From contig CAJINV010000002.1 of assembly GCA_905178155.1 (NCBI GenBank), positions 6,366,476-6,430,475 on the forward strand: a DNA stretch of 64,000 nt. The letters run 5' to 3'. The stretch comes from Amoebophrya sp. A120. Its lineage: Eukaryota > Protista > Dinoflagellata. The position numbers and the translations under genes were made by a program. Within the stretch, counting starts at the first letter, position 1; every line of letters begins with the position of its first letter. Of this stretch, positions 36,943-48,923 are shown piece after piece. The notes below the pieces were generated by a model that saw nothing but the letters and a program-made list of their open reading frames with translations, was not told the DNA's origin and made no database searches.

Positions 36943-37770
36943 GCAGCAGTCTGTTTCGGGGGAAATAAATGCAATTTTTTGTTTTGGAAGTCGAAAAAAA
37001 AGTACGATTTGAAACAGAAAATATCAAGGTTTAGATGTGTTTTATGATTCCGAGAATTTTTTACTTTATGCCTTTTCTGTTCCTTACACTTACATACACT
37101 ATGTACGCGCTGCGCTGGCCTTTTCAACTGTCGCAGAATACGCACAAAAGTTTTTGAGTTTTGGTTCGCATATACGGTTCATATTGAGAAGCACTTTATT
37201 TCACTTTTAATAGGGACGCTGTACTTGTATTTCACATTCATAGTAAATCTGGTTGCATTTATTCCTATTTGCAGCCAATGTGTTTTTTCAGGTTGGAAAT
37301 GTTGCACACTCGATTTTTTTTCAGTCGCAAAAATTTTTGTATTCCTTTTGAACAATTTAGGGTTAAGCTTTAGCAACCCTGTATACCTTGAGCAGAGAGA
37401 GAGCGCCAACATGAACGTGATTCTACATGATTCGTGTATGATGCAACGATCAAAACAATTCTGTAACATACTGTCTGGTTGAAATTGTTTCTCATTGCCG
37501 TGCCTACACCTACCTTATGACCCATTCCGCAGAAGCTTGTCGGCGGTCGTTTTTTGTTCAGATGTTGTTTTCCAGGCCGTTCGGTTGGTTCAAATCGTTT
37601 TCATTTTTTGAAATGTAAAAAACCCTTAGGTGCCCTCTCCCTGGATTCGTACGAGTCACCAGCGCAGGGCCACAAACGGCCCTGCGCTTGTCCTGTAATC
37701 TTTATTCTTTTTTCATTCGATCTTATAATCGCGAGAACTTTTTACCGCGAAATAGGAAAACAAGGCGAAG

Positions 37771-40700
37771 ATGTCGCGGGCTCGTCGTTTCACCACGCTT
37801 GTACGACTTGTTGTACCAGCGACGGCACTGTTCGCCGCGCGGTTGCAGAAACTCTCGCCCCTCGCGGTCTGGTCATTTGCCACGACTACTTCTTTGCTCC
37901 TTCCCCGCGTCGCGGCAACGAAATCGAAAACACGAGCAACCGCCTCGACAACCGAGGAAGCCGAGAATTTCGACGCTCTGCTGAAGTTTCTGGATACGAT
38001 GAGCAAGGAAATCGATGCGGAGATCGACCAGACAGAGCAGCTCGTGAAGAAGAAGGAGTGCTTTTGCAAGAAAGAACAAGAGCGGCTCGGTGTGCGGTTG
38101 AAAGAAGAAAGAGACGAAAAGATTCCGGTACTGCAGGCTGAGCTGAAGGAGACGCTCGGGACGCTGGGTCAGCTCAAGATCGAGATCCCGGTATGCGAAG
38201 TGAAATACTGTCGTCCATGAGAAGTAGATGACCAGCTCTATCTGCGAATTATGTGCGTGTTCAAATAGGAGAGATTACATAGATACACCACGCGATTTGT
38301 TGTCATGTGTTTTTGTACGTGTTTTATCCACCATTCAATCATCGCAAAAGCGCCGCTGATGTTGTCATGTGACGGCGATTTGACTTCGGATACCGAGAAC
38401 TGGAAGAGAAGGTGAAAGACTTACAGACTGAGAAGAATACGACCATCACGACGCGGGAAGAGGAAAAAAAGCAATTTACCATGGACGAAAAAAATTTAAA
38501 CACCTTGATCCAGACCTGCACAGAAGCGATCAAGGTTTTGGGGAAAAAAGAAAAAGCTGAAAACAGAGCAGCGGACGACCAGAAGGAAGCGACTGGGGAA
38601 CAGGAAGTTGCGAAAAGTGCGTTATTATCAGTGCAAAAAGCGCTCTTGCAAGGTCAACATAGCGATCAAAGATTAATATTTCGGGCATCAAAAACAGCAG
38701 GGAGACCACTTTATTCAGAAGCCAGCCAGCAACTGCTGCAACAGTCCGCAACCGCTGCTGCACTGGCGAAGAACTCCGACCGAATACTGGGTATCAAATG
38801 CAAAAATGTCTGGGTCTGGAAGATTGCGAGATTTGTCATGCTTGTCTGGCATGACCAAAAAGTTTGTGATGCGTGTCCAAGAAGAGACCCTTTTGCCTGT
38901 CATGCACAAACGCAGTTTGTCATGCGAAATACGCAACACAAGGAAGCGCAGATATTTCTCATGCTTGCCTATGCATTACAGAGCATTCACTATTCCCAAC
39001 GCAGCATTACAAGTTTCCAGACCCAGACATTTTTGCATTTGATACTGGGAATGCTGAAGCAAATGCGGGACAACGCGGAGACCGAGTTGGCCGAGGCGAC
39101 GGGTATCAAATGCAAATATGTCTGGGTCTGGAAGAGTCTAAACTTGTGATGCTGTCTCTGGATTGGAAAAAGATTTCTATTGCATGACCAGGAAGAGGAG
39201 TAGATTTTGTGCTCCGCGGAGATGGCATTTGTCATGCGGAATAGGTATGAGGAAGCGCTCTAAAAATCTGTGATGCTACGGCATGCATCACAGATACATG
39301 GCCTTTTGTTCGTTCCCTTCTGCATTTTTGTCCTTGCTCCCCGAAAGGGGATTTCCTGTGGGGGGGGGTGCGGGAAGTCAGAAAACAAATGGCACGAAAG
39401 ACGCCTGCTAGCGAGCTGATCAAGATAAGTAAACTATTTGACTGTGATGCCATGGAAAGGCGTGGCATTAGTACGACGCCAGTTCCCCCTGCTAGGGGCG
39501 ATCGCAGGGTAGTTCTAATTTGTGCGGGCTGTGTGTAATGCGGTGGTGCGATACAAACTACAACAGAGAAAAAGATCAAGCTCGGGCCGCGCGCGATGCT
39601 CATCCCATTCGTTTTTTCCGACGAATCACTTCCTTCACCAGGGCCTTGCTCAACCCTGGACCAGAACGAGTAGGACAGAGGACCCCAGAGGTAGGCACTG
39701 TAGCGGAAAGTTGGAGCAAAACTAATTTTTTTTGAAAACGAACCCAATAGGAGCCGACCTGCGTGGATGGTTACAAAACAGGTAGCTTGACCCCAAATGG
39801 CAATGATCATTGGGAGCAGCAGAGCGCAGCAGGACCCCGGGACTGCAACAGCTCACCCCTGTTTTAACTTAGACATACGCAGTGCACCGAGTATGCCACT
39901 ACCTCGACCCCTCAAGAAAAGAAGTAGCCCCCCCAACTACAAACTCGCCGTCCGCGATCAGGATCCCATGCGTACTAACCAACATTGTGCGAACCGAGAT
40001 CCCGCGGGGCACAGGGTCTGGGCGGCTCGAAGCAGAACGCGCAGCACAAGCGGGAGACAACACATCCAAAGGTGGGGATGGTCTCAGGTCGTTCAGGTCC
40101 GCCAAGGGTTGCGTCTCGCTATCAGGGTTTCGCCAACTCCGCGGGGGCGTTGCGGGTATTTCCCTAAAACACCAAAACCGGCACAAATTGGGCCGGCAGT
40201 CCGGGTAATTGCTCACCAGCCGGTTTGTATGACGAAGAAGGTGCTCGACGAAGGAAGAAGTAAGCATGTAATTAGCACCTCCGGTTGGTAGAGCGATCGG
40301 CTACCGAGGCACGTCAGGGTGGCGTCGCTACTTCAATTCAATTCAATGGAAAATATGCATGACAAATCTAGAAATCTTCCAGACCCAGACATTTTTACTC
40401 TTGATAGCGGGAGCGGAGAAGCAAAAAGCTGCATCCACGGCGAAGCTCTTGAGGGCGAAGAACCAGGAACTGAACGCGCTGCAGCAGCAACTAGACGAAA
40501 AGAAGGCGAAGTTTTCGGATTTGAAGGACGACGAGGGGCAGGCGTTTGAGGAGTTGGAGAATTCGAAAAAATCAGTAGCGCTGGTGGAGGAAAATTTACT
40601 TGCAATCAAAACCGACTGCGATAGTTCCTTAACCGATTTGAACGAACAGAAGAACAATTTGTCGTCCGAGCAGGAGTCGTCTCAAGTGCAAATATGTCTG

Positions 40701-43225
40701 GGTCTGGAAGAATGCAACTTGTGACGCTGCATTTGGATTCCAAAAAAATTTGTATTGCATGAGCAGCAAAGGGAATGCAATTTTTGCTATGCGGAGAAAG
40801 CATTTGTCGTGCGGAATAGGCAGCAAGAACCCCCTCAAAAAATATGTGACGCTACGGCATGCATCACAGACATCATGGATCATGCAAAACGTGCATGACA
40901 TCTTCCAGACCCAGACATATTTGCAATTGATAAGTCGCTTTCAAACGCAGTGAAGATCCTTGAGGCGGACGAGATCGAGAAGCAACGGAAGCGCGCTTTG
41001 TTTCTCCAGAAACAGAAGAGGTTGATGGACGAGAAGGAAAGAGAACAACGAGTTATCGACGCGGAGATTGAAAAGCGGAGGAGACTGATCGTCGAAAAAG
41101 AAGAGAAGGACGACGCGGCGGCGGAAAGAGATGAGGAAAGGCGCACAGGAGATTTGAAAAAAGAGCAAGCGAGCTCGGACATCATGCTGAATGATTTCGT
41201 GGAGAGTGAGATCACGACGACTTCTGCGGCTGGAGGCGAGAGCGAAGGAAGAACAGGTAGAAGCAGTACTTCTAGCGATTCCTTCGTGCTGTCCGCTGCT
41301 GTGACAAAAAAGTTTGCGTCCGCCAACGCGCTGGCTGACGCCGTGGTTGCGCAAGCGGTTGCGGAAGGAGGTGCGGGAACCGGGGTCGTATTGTCGCGGA
41401 AAAATGAGAATGCGAAAGGTCTTCAGGCGTTGCAGGAGAAAGATGAGATCGACCACGACACGACCCAACTCGCCTTCAAACACGTAGATGAAACTCTTTC
41501 TGCAGGAGGGCAAAAGAACCGTTTGGGCCGGAGAGCTGTCCGGAGCGGGAATGACAAGAAGCCACTCTTGCATCACAAGAGGGGAGGTAAAAACACGCAT
41601 AAGGACCACATGCAAGCATCCTCTGGCTCAAAGAAGACAAAGAAGAATCTGCAGAAGAAGACATCACAAGGCAAAAATAAATCTGCTCCCTCTAGTAGTA
41701 TTTCTGTGAACAAGAAGATTATGAAGTACGACACGAAGAGCCACCGGTTCGTCACGTCCTTCTTGCAAACGAGACAACAAGAAGCGCAAACGAAAGCGGG
41801 AACTACAATTACCTCTTTGCACGAGATGAATGCCATGGTGGACGACATTATGAAAGTCCCCATCCAGAAGAAAAAGAAGAAGCAAAACGAGTTCCAGGAG
41901 GTGATTGCTGCGAGTGAGGTGATGGCGGAGCAGGTGAACAAAGACCAGCAGCAGCACGAGAAAGAGAAGGATAGGTGTGAAACCAGCCTGAGAAGTTTGA
42001 AGCAAGAAACGGAAAAGAAGCAACTTCTCGTGAAGAACGAATTCGAAGCGAAGATCGAGCTTTTGGGGGCGAAATTTTCCAAGTTGAAGGAGAAATCCGC
42101 CGATAAGAAGCAGGAACTAGCGGAGCTGAAAGAGGAAATCAAAGAATTGGAGGAGGACCGTCTCGCCGAAAACGAGGAGTTTCTGAACGAAGTGGCAAAA
42201 CAGGCGACCATGACGCGGGCACTTCGGAAAGCGATTGCGGCTTTAAAGCAGGCGAAAACAGGCTCGAAGAAAAATATTAAACGAAGCAAATCAAATACCA
42301 GGAGCAAAGCCACCAAACCGCTGGAAGAGCTGCTGGCAAAAACGGAAAAGAAGATCCAATCTCTGCAGGTGTTAGAGGAGGGAACCGAGAAAAAATTTTC
42401 GCACGAAAAGTCGAAGGCGGAAGAAGTTTTGAAAGAAGTGAAAAAAGTATCCAAGAAAAAAACTGTGTTAGTGTAACTTTCTTTGTCTGACAGCATCACA
42501 AATTTGCTCTACATGACAGAGAAAACCTGTCATGCGTGGCTTGTAAGGGAAAATACACATGAAAAAAGGACTTCATGGCTGTGTGGCATGACAGGTGTAA
42601 CTCTGTTGCATGTTTTGCATTAAAGAGTTACACTTACACAGTTTTTGTCTTGCATAAAAGGAGAATGCGGACCTGAAAGCGGCGAAGTCCAGGCTGGAGG
42701 AGGAGAAGGAGGCGAATATTGTGAGGAAAAATCCCCCCTCCCCATATCGAAAGCGGAATTTGTGTTGCTGTATTTGAGTACACAAATCACATCTGTCTTG
42801 CTAGAGAGGACTGCAGACCCATATCAAGCCTGAGCAGAGATGCTTTGACTTAGGCGCTTAGCATGAGAAGCGTCCGTGATGTTGGCTCAACAGCATGACA
42901 AACCGCCTCCATAATGGGACGGAAGCTGCTGCCCTTGTCTTCTTGCAACACAAACGTGATTTGTGACCTCAAATCAGCAACACAAATTTTCGAAAACCTA
43001 CCTCTTCAATATGGGGAGGGGGGATTTTTCCTTGCGATAGCGAAGGAGAAGGAATTAGAACTGGCGCAGCAAGAATTGGAAACGTTAGAAAAAGAGCTAC
43101 AGGAAACGCAGAAGTCGTGTGCGAAAATTCTGATATCCTTCGACGAGAAGACGAACGAAAGGAAAAACGAGGTGGAAGGGCTAAAAGCGGTGGGGAGGAT
43201 TCTTGCGAATGGTGGGGGAAAGTGA
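37771..43225 (+). CDS. Secreted-type coiled-coil protein, multi-exon
   Basis: N-terminal hydrophobic region, heptad-rich E/K/L sequence, RILGMLKQMRD and SFLQ motifs; 6 introners join ORFs 37771-42914 in frame. Confidence 0.8.
38192..38392. mobile_element. Introner (unassigned family)
   Basis: tatgcgaagtgaaat / atttgacttcggata; DR cccgg/ccgag; join IEIPELEEK. Confidence 0.75.
38792..39044. mobile_element. Introner, family A
   Basis: Long TIR; DR ctggg; join RILGMLKQM. Confidence 0.92.
39104..40406. mobile_element. Family A introner carrying an about 1.05-kb nested insertion
   Basis: Family A left part 39104-39301 and right part about 40347-40406; DR acggg/gcggg; join EATGAEKQ. Confidence 0.85.
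39302..40346. mobile_element. Unidentified nested insertion ending in (TTCAA)3
   Basis: Absent from other family A copies; no convincing ORF. Confidence 0.6.
40680..40932. mobile_element. Introner, family A (reverse orientation vs 7633; TCTC start)
   Basis: DR agtcg; join QESLSNAVK. Confidence 0.9.
42448..42656. mobile_element. Introner, family D
   Basis: tatccaagaaaaaaactgtg / cacagtttttgtcttgcata; DR aaaag/aaagg; join VKKENADLK. Confidence 0.88.
42717..43039. mobile_element. Introner, family B
   Basis: DR gcgaa; join KEAKEKEL. Confidence 0.92.
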
Positions 43226-44103
43226 GAGCAAATAATTTTCAACCAAATTTATTTTTCATACTGTTTCAAGCTGACTACAATTCAAGTTTCTGTTTTTTCC
43301 GATCGCGCCACGCAGCAGGGTGTTGGTGTTGCGCATGAGATGCTTTTCGTTAGTACATAAATGTTCCTAGAAGGAGGACTACACTCGCGAGAGAGTGTAG
43401 CGACCTAAACTCGTCTGTTCTGTCCTCTTGCGTGATGAAAATGAAAATTGAAAATGCCATTGAAATGCAATTGCTGTGCTCGGTATTGACATGTCTGGAA
43501 ACGACTCTACAACAGCTGTGTCGTTTACTAGACGTGATGCTCGGTTTTTGGACTCATAGGGAAATATCATTCACTTATGATCTTTTTCGGTGTGACGTGA
43601 CTTTTCACAACAAAAAAATAAATGAAATCGGTTTCATCGTGCAGACAAATTGAAGAAAAACTTGCGTCGATCCAAAAAATGAAGCCAAGAAAACTCGACT
43701 TCTTGAAGCGCAATTCCTGATAAAGGCATAATCGGTACACGCACGATGGAAAGATGAAAATGGACATTGAAGCTCGGTGTACTTCTAACTCCGTTCTTAA
43801 GATCTGCCTGATAAATTACCGTAGCGATCGTAAAGTGGAAAATTCCTAAGCCCAACCTGACGACCCGATCTCAACATTGACTTGAATGCATTACAACCCT
43901 CAGGCTTCCGGAATTTTACCAAATTTTGACGCATTGCATTACGATGTTGTTGAAATGATGCCCCTTCCTACGATGTTTTTGATTAACCGTCGCCTAAATT
44001 TCGCACCGAACTACACGCCTTCATTGACCACACTGTTATAAAAGAACAAAAGGTTGTACAGTACACTAATTCTAAATAGTACTACGACGGTTGAAATAAA
44101 AAA

Positions 44104-47100
44104 ATGGTTCTGCGCGGACGCGGTGATCCGACGCAGAAGCAGGATGTGAGCTACAAGCTCCCGCCCGCGGACAAGCGCGCGGGCGTTTTTGACAAAAATT
44201 TTCAAGTTTTGAACACGTCGATTGAAGTCTGGCTCGATGCGATCCACGAACAGGAATCGAAGGCGAAAAAAGCCGCAGCTGCTGCCGCAGAGCAGGAAGA
44301 GAAGGATAAAGAAGCTCCTGCCTCGACTACTCCGTCGTCGAAAGCGCCTTCCTCCAAGGGCCCCGGGTCCTCGAAGAAGGAACCCGGGTCCTCGAAGAAG
44401 GAACCCGGCTCGAAGAAGGAGCCAGGCTCCGCGCGATCGCAAAATAAAGCAGGTTCGGATGCTGGTGCCAGTTCAGCAGCAGACCCGCAAACGCCAGTTC
44501 TTCCCACGTTCAAGAAGGTCCAGCTCACGCAGAAAATTCAGAACTCCTACATGCAACTGCGGGATTTGTTGAACGCATGGGTGCAGGACACGAGGGACCG
44601 GGAAAATCTGCGAAAATCGTTTGTGACGGACAACAACGTGCCGCAGTTGGTGCTGTTGATCGTGCTGTGTGAGCAGGCGCCGTTGCTGGAAGCCGACATG
44701 TTCGACGCCATGAATTTGGACGTAACGAAACTTATTTCATAAATGTTTTTTCTTTCATGCGGAAGTTCAAACATAGATTCATTGTATACCGTAGCTAGCT
44801 TCTTCTGCGATACTAGTGTCTTGCCATGCGCATGCCTGGCAACTGGTCTCGATACTGATACTCGATTTAGGCCGGGGCCCTTGGAGGTCAATGATTCGAA
44901 ACATGAGAAGCTCTTTCACTTTTCTACCTTCGTGCTATCCTGGGGTCACAACATCAAAAAACTAAAATAACAGGAAGCGAGTCGCAAGAAGCAATCCGAC
45001 GATCGTTGGGCGGGGTGCAAGAAGGCCGCGGAGATCGTGATCGACGTGGTTCTGGATGTGCACCAGAGGAACCAGATGCGTTTGAAGCTTGAGGAGGAAC
45101 GGAGGCGATTAGCCGGGGAAAAGATTCCCTCGGGGCCGCCGTTTACCAACGAAGAGGAGATGAAATCTTGGCTGAGCAGCTTGAAGGAGGAGCCAGCTGT
45201 TGAAGAAGAGCCAGAACGACCACCTGTTGTGTCAGAACCCCCGCCTCCACAAATTCCAGAGCCGAAATCCGAACCGCCCCCAAAGCCGGAGAAGCCAGCG
45301 CCCCCCGTCCCACCGAGTAAACCGAAGAGCCCAGTCCCGCCGCAGGCACTGCTTTTGAAGAACCTCGTATGGAAGCGTCAGGTTTGAAATCCTCAAAGTT
45401 GAAATAATTTGTAATGCATAAAATGCGATACAAAAAGTGACTCTATTGCAGAGGACCCACGGGAGGCAGATGATAGTCCTGGTAAGGGTCAAAAATTGGA
45501 CTGCTAACTAGCATGACAGAAGGCAGCTCTTTTGCCCTAAACCGCATGACAGACTCGCTTCCAGGACCGGGAAAATTTGTCATGCACCGACTACAAACTG
45601 TAGGTCTAACTGGTATCCGTTTTATGCATGACAAACTATTTCAACTTTGACGATTTCAAACCTGACACATCCATACCTCGAGCAGCAGGAGAAATTGAAG
45701 CCGGAGGCGCACAAGAAACTGCTATCAAATGTAAAAATGTCTGGGTCTGGAAGATTGCAACTTGTCATGCTGTTTTTGGACTCTAAAAAAAATTGTATTG
45801 CATGACCAGCAAAATGGGTACGCTTTTTGCCACTTTTTGCTACACAGACAGGCCATTTCTCATGCGGAAGATGCATCAGGAAGCCCTCTAAAAGTCTGCG
45901 ATGCTAGTTCAAGCATTACAGGCATCATAGGTCATGAGAAATATGCATGACAAATCTTGCATTCTTCCAGACCCAGACATTTTTACAGTTGATAACTGCT
46001 GATGATCAACCATTTGGAAGAGGAGAACGAGAAGCAAAGAACCCTTTTGACACACGAAAAACAATTGAAACAACAGATCGAAATCATCCAGCAGGAACAA
46101 ATCGAGCAGAAGCTGCTCGTCACCAGCCGCATCGACTTGTTCAAAAAACTGATCAAGGACGCCATCAGACGGAGCGACAAATTCACCGACGAGCGGAAGT
46201 GGCTGCTGACGCAGAAGATGAATCTGACGTTCGACCAATTGCTGGCGAAGAAGGACCTGACCGTGTTGGAAAAGCACCTCTACACGTTCGGCAGCAAATC
46301 CAGAAGTTCGCAGATGGGCCGGCTGGAAAAGGAGTTGCTTGAGCACGAAGAGGACACGAAGAAGCAAGCCATCGGCGATTTGCAGCAGCGGCTGGAGGAG
46401 TTGCTTGCTTTGGCGAACTCGAAGGACAAACACAAGTTTTTGACGAAGAACGGGGAAGTGGAGAAAAAGCTAATGTCGGACTTGGAACGGGAACTCATCG
46501 AAATGGAAAACATGCCCACCACGGCGTCCAGTGGAAATGACGAGATGAATGGAAATGTTCGGAGCGAAGGAAAAAAACCGAGAAACAGCCAAACAACTAC
46601 GCGAAGGAGCAGACGGCGCACGACAGGGTCTGTGTCGTCGATGCCGGGAATAAGGCCGAACAGTTCAACAACTTCCCCGCGCGGGGGGCCACCGGTCGTG
46701 CGAAACAGCAACTGGTCGAGCCGAAGCCGGACGTCGCACACGGAGGACCGCTTCTATCTCCACCCGTTTTCCCGACAGGTCGGGTCCGTGGTCCAGGAAA
46801 TTCAAAGGCAACGCGACTACACGGTGGAGGCCCTGGTGTCCGCCAGGCGGGCATCGCGGGGGGTCAACGTGCACGAAGAAATCATGGCCGCTCAAGGTGT
46901 AGTTGATCAACAGATGCCCTCCTGGCTTCGCATGAGCAGCAAGAAATCCATGCTGTCTTCCCGGTCCTCTCTCACGGAGGCTGTCACCACCGCGGGGAGA
47001 CGCTCCGTTGGGTCGGTCGGGGGTACCATGCAGCACATCGAGTACGACACGAAAACCGGGAGGTTGATGAAGAAAAAGCTGAGCGTGCACAGCAGCAAAG

Positions 47101-47666
47101 TCGGGTCGATCACTGGCGGTGGCGGGGAAAACACCATTAAGCCGGCGGCCCAGAGGAATTCCGCCGCGGACGTGCTGCTCGCGCGGGACTTGACGGAGCA
47201 ACGGGATGTGCAAATCATGCAGAAAAAAATCAAACAAGGGAAACAACAACAAACTGCAAACAAGAAAAAAACGCAGAACCTGCACCCGGTGACAAAGAAG
47301 CCCGCCCCCGGGCAGCCGAATGCGCAGCTGACGAAGTTCTTGATGCAGAAGAATTTGGAGATTCTGCCGAAAGATTTCTCCAAGGCCAACACCGATCCAA
47401 ACAAGTCGTTGAAAGATCTCGCAGTGGATTTGAAAACCATCATCCCGAAGAACACGACCATCGAGATCCGGGTGCAAAAACTGAAGGCGAAAAAAGCGAA
47501 GCTGGAGCAAACGAACGCGCTCGTGACATCGAATTTATTGCACAAGGATTTACACCGGTACGAAACACGCATGATGAAGCTCGAGTACCAGTGGGGCAAG
47601 GAAATTGAGGACCTGCACAAAATCTTGTCAAGGCAGCAGGTCATGCACGACGGGACTGCGATTTGA
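44104..47666 (+). CDS. Hypothetical protein with KEPGSS repeats, Pro-rich linker and coiled coils
   Basis: Exons joined by canonical intron 44722-44973 and introners 45368 and 45723 (NLEQQEKLKPEAHKKLLMINH). Confidence 0.75.
45368..45675. mobile_element. Introner, family I (TIR about 55 bp)
   Basis: tatggaagcgtcaggtttgaaatc..aaagttgaaata / tatttcaacttt..gatttcaaacctgacacatccata; DR cctcg. Confidence 0.9.
45723..45994. mobile_element. Introner, family A (reverse orientation vs 7633)
   Basis: DR actgc; join KKLLMIN. Confidence 0.92.
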
Positions 47667-48923
47667 GATGGAGAAGGCTTGTGCCACTGACGACCCGGAC
47701 TTTATGTTCTTTTGACGACGCGAAGGCGAAGCAAGAGGCACTTTTTGCTAGACGCTAAAGGTGCTTAGTAGTATCGTCTCGAATTTATTGTTCCATTGCT
47801 TCGAGTTAAAAGTAATCGTAAGCAAACCGCACGAGTAGAAGGGCGCACTTGATATCCACCATTGCATTGCAAAATTTGCGACGCAGAGCTTTCATTTGTA
47901 TGATTTTCTGACTTTCTTTTCCCCCTGAAAAATCGAACGATGTTATCTTCAAGTTGAGACCCAAAGTAGTCTGACAAGTACAGTTTTCCTTTCCAACTCT
48001 CTAAATTGACGACCTAAAAAATGTTCTAGTAACGCCAAGTATATTTTTTGAAAAGGAGCAGTACCCGCGCTCGCAAATATATTGATAAGTTTGTTGTCCT
48101 CTACGAAGTCCTCCGCACTTTTCCCACTTGAAGACGGACGTGAGGTGATGTTGGCGCAACTTTCTTAGGCGTTCTTACCCTGCGCCGAAGTTGCGCTGAC
48201 CCCAGCTTTGATGAGCGAAGTGATTTCATGTGTACAATTGCGCGCGGTCAGTTATTTAAAAGAAGCGAAGAGCATGAACTTACTACTTATTTCCCGCAGC
48301 TGCAGCACGGACGGATCTAGTCATGTTCAGGTTTGCCTCGTTCATTGCATATGCTCGTCACTGGTCGGAATTTTGATTTTCGTGCTGTAGGTTGTTGACA
48401 CTGGATACATACGAGAAATGGTTCTGGCCGATATGGTTACTTCTGGATACCTGCATTTGATGAAGCTATTTTGATAGGTGCTGTGCCCTTCAGGCAACAG
48501 GATAGTCGTTTTTGTGGATCATCTGGTACTGTGAGTCGCAATCGCAAACATAGTTTGTTGTACTCGTGAAGGAAGTCGTCTGATCTGTGTCGTGAGGTCG
48601 TGATATTTTGGAAACTCATTTCGTTTTTCAATCGGTTAAAACAAAAACTAAAGCCGGGGGTCGTGGGAAGTCGCTCGTTCTTTGGTACGAGCCTCTAAAT
48701 CGTCGAATCTAAGTCGAAGAATCTTTCGTACTATCGAGCTTCGCTGTTGAAAATTCGGAAAAACGCACGCGCTTTGGAGAAAATCTCATATTTGTTCGGT
48801 CCTGCAGCTGCAGCATTCGAGTGACAGACGGCGTGCCGTTACTTTTAGCACGAAAGTTCTTGTTCTAGAAACACCAAGAGAAACGCGGTTTTTTTGGAAA
48901 AAAAAAAATTAGTAACATCTTCT

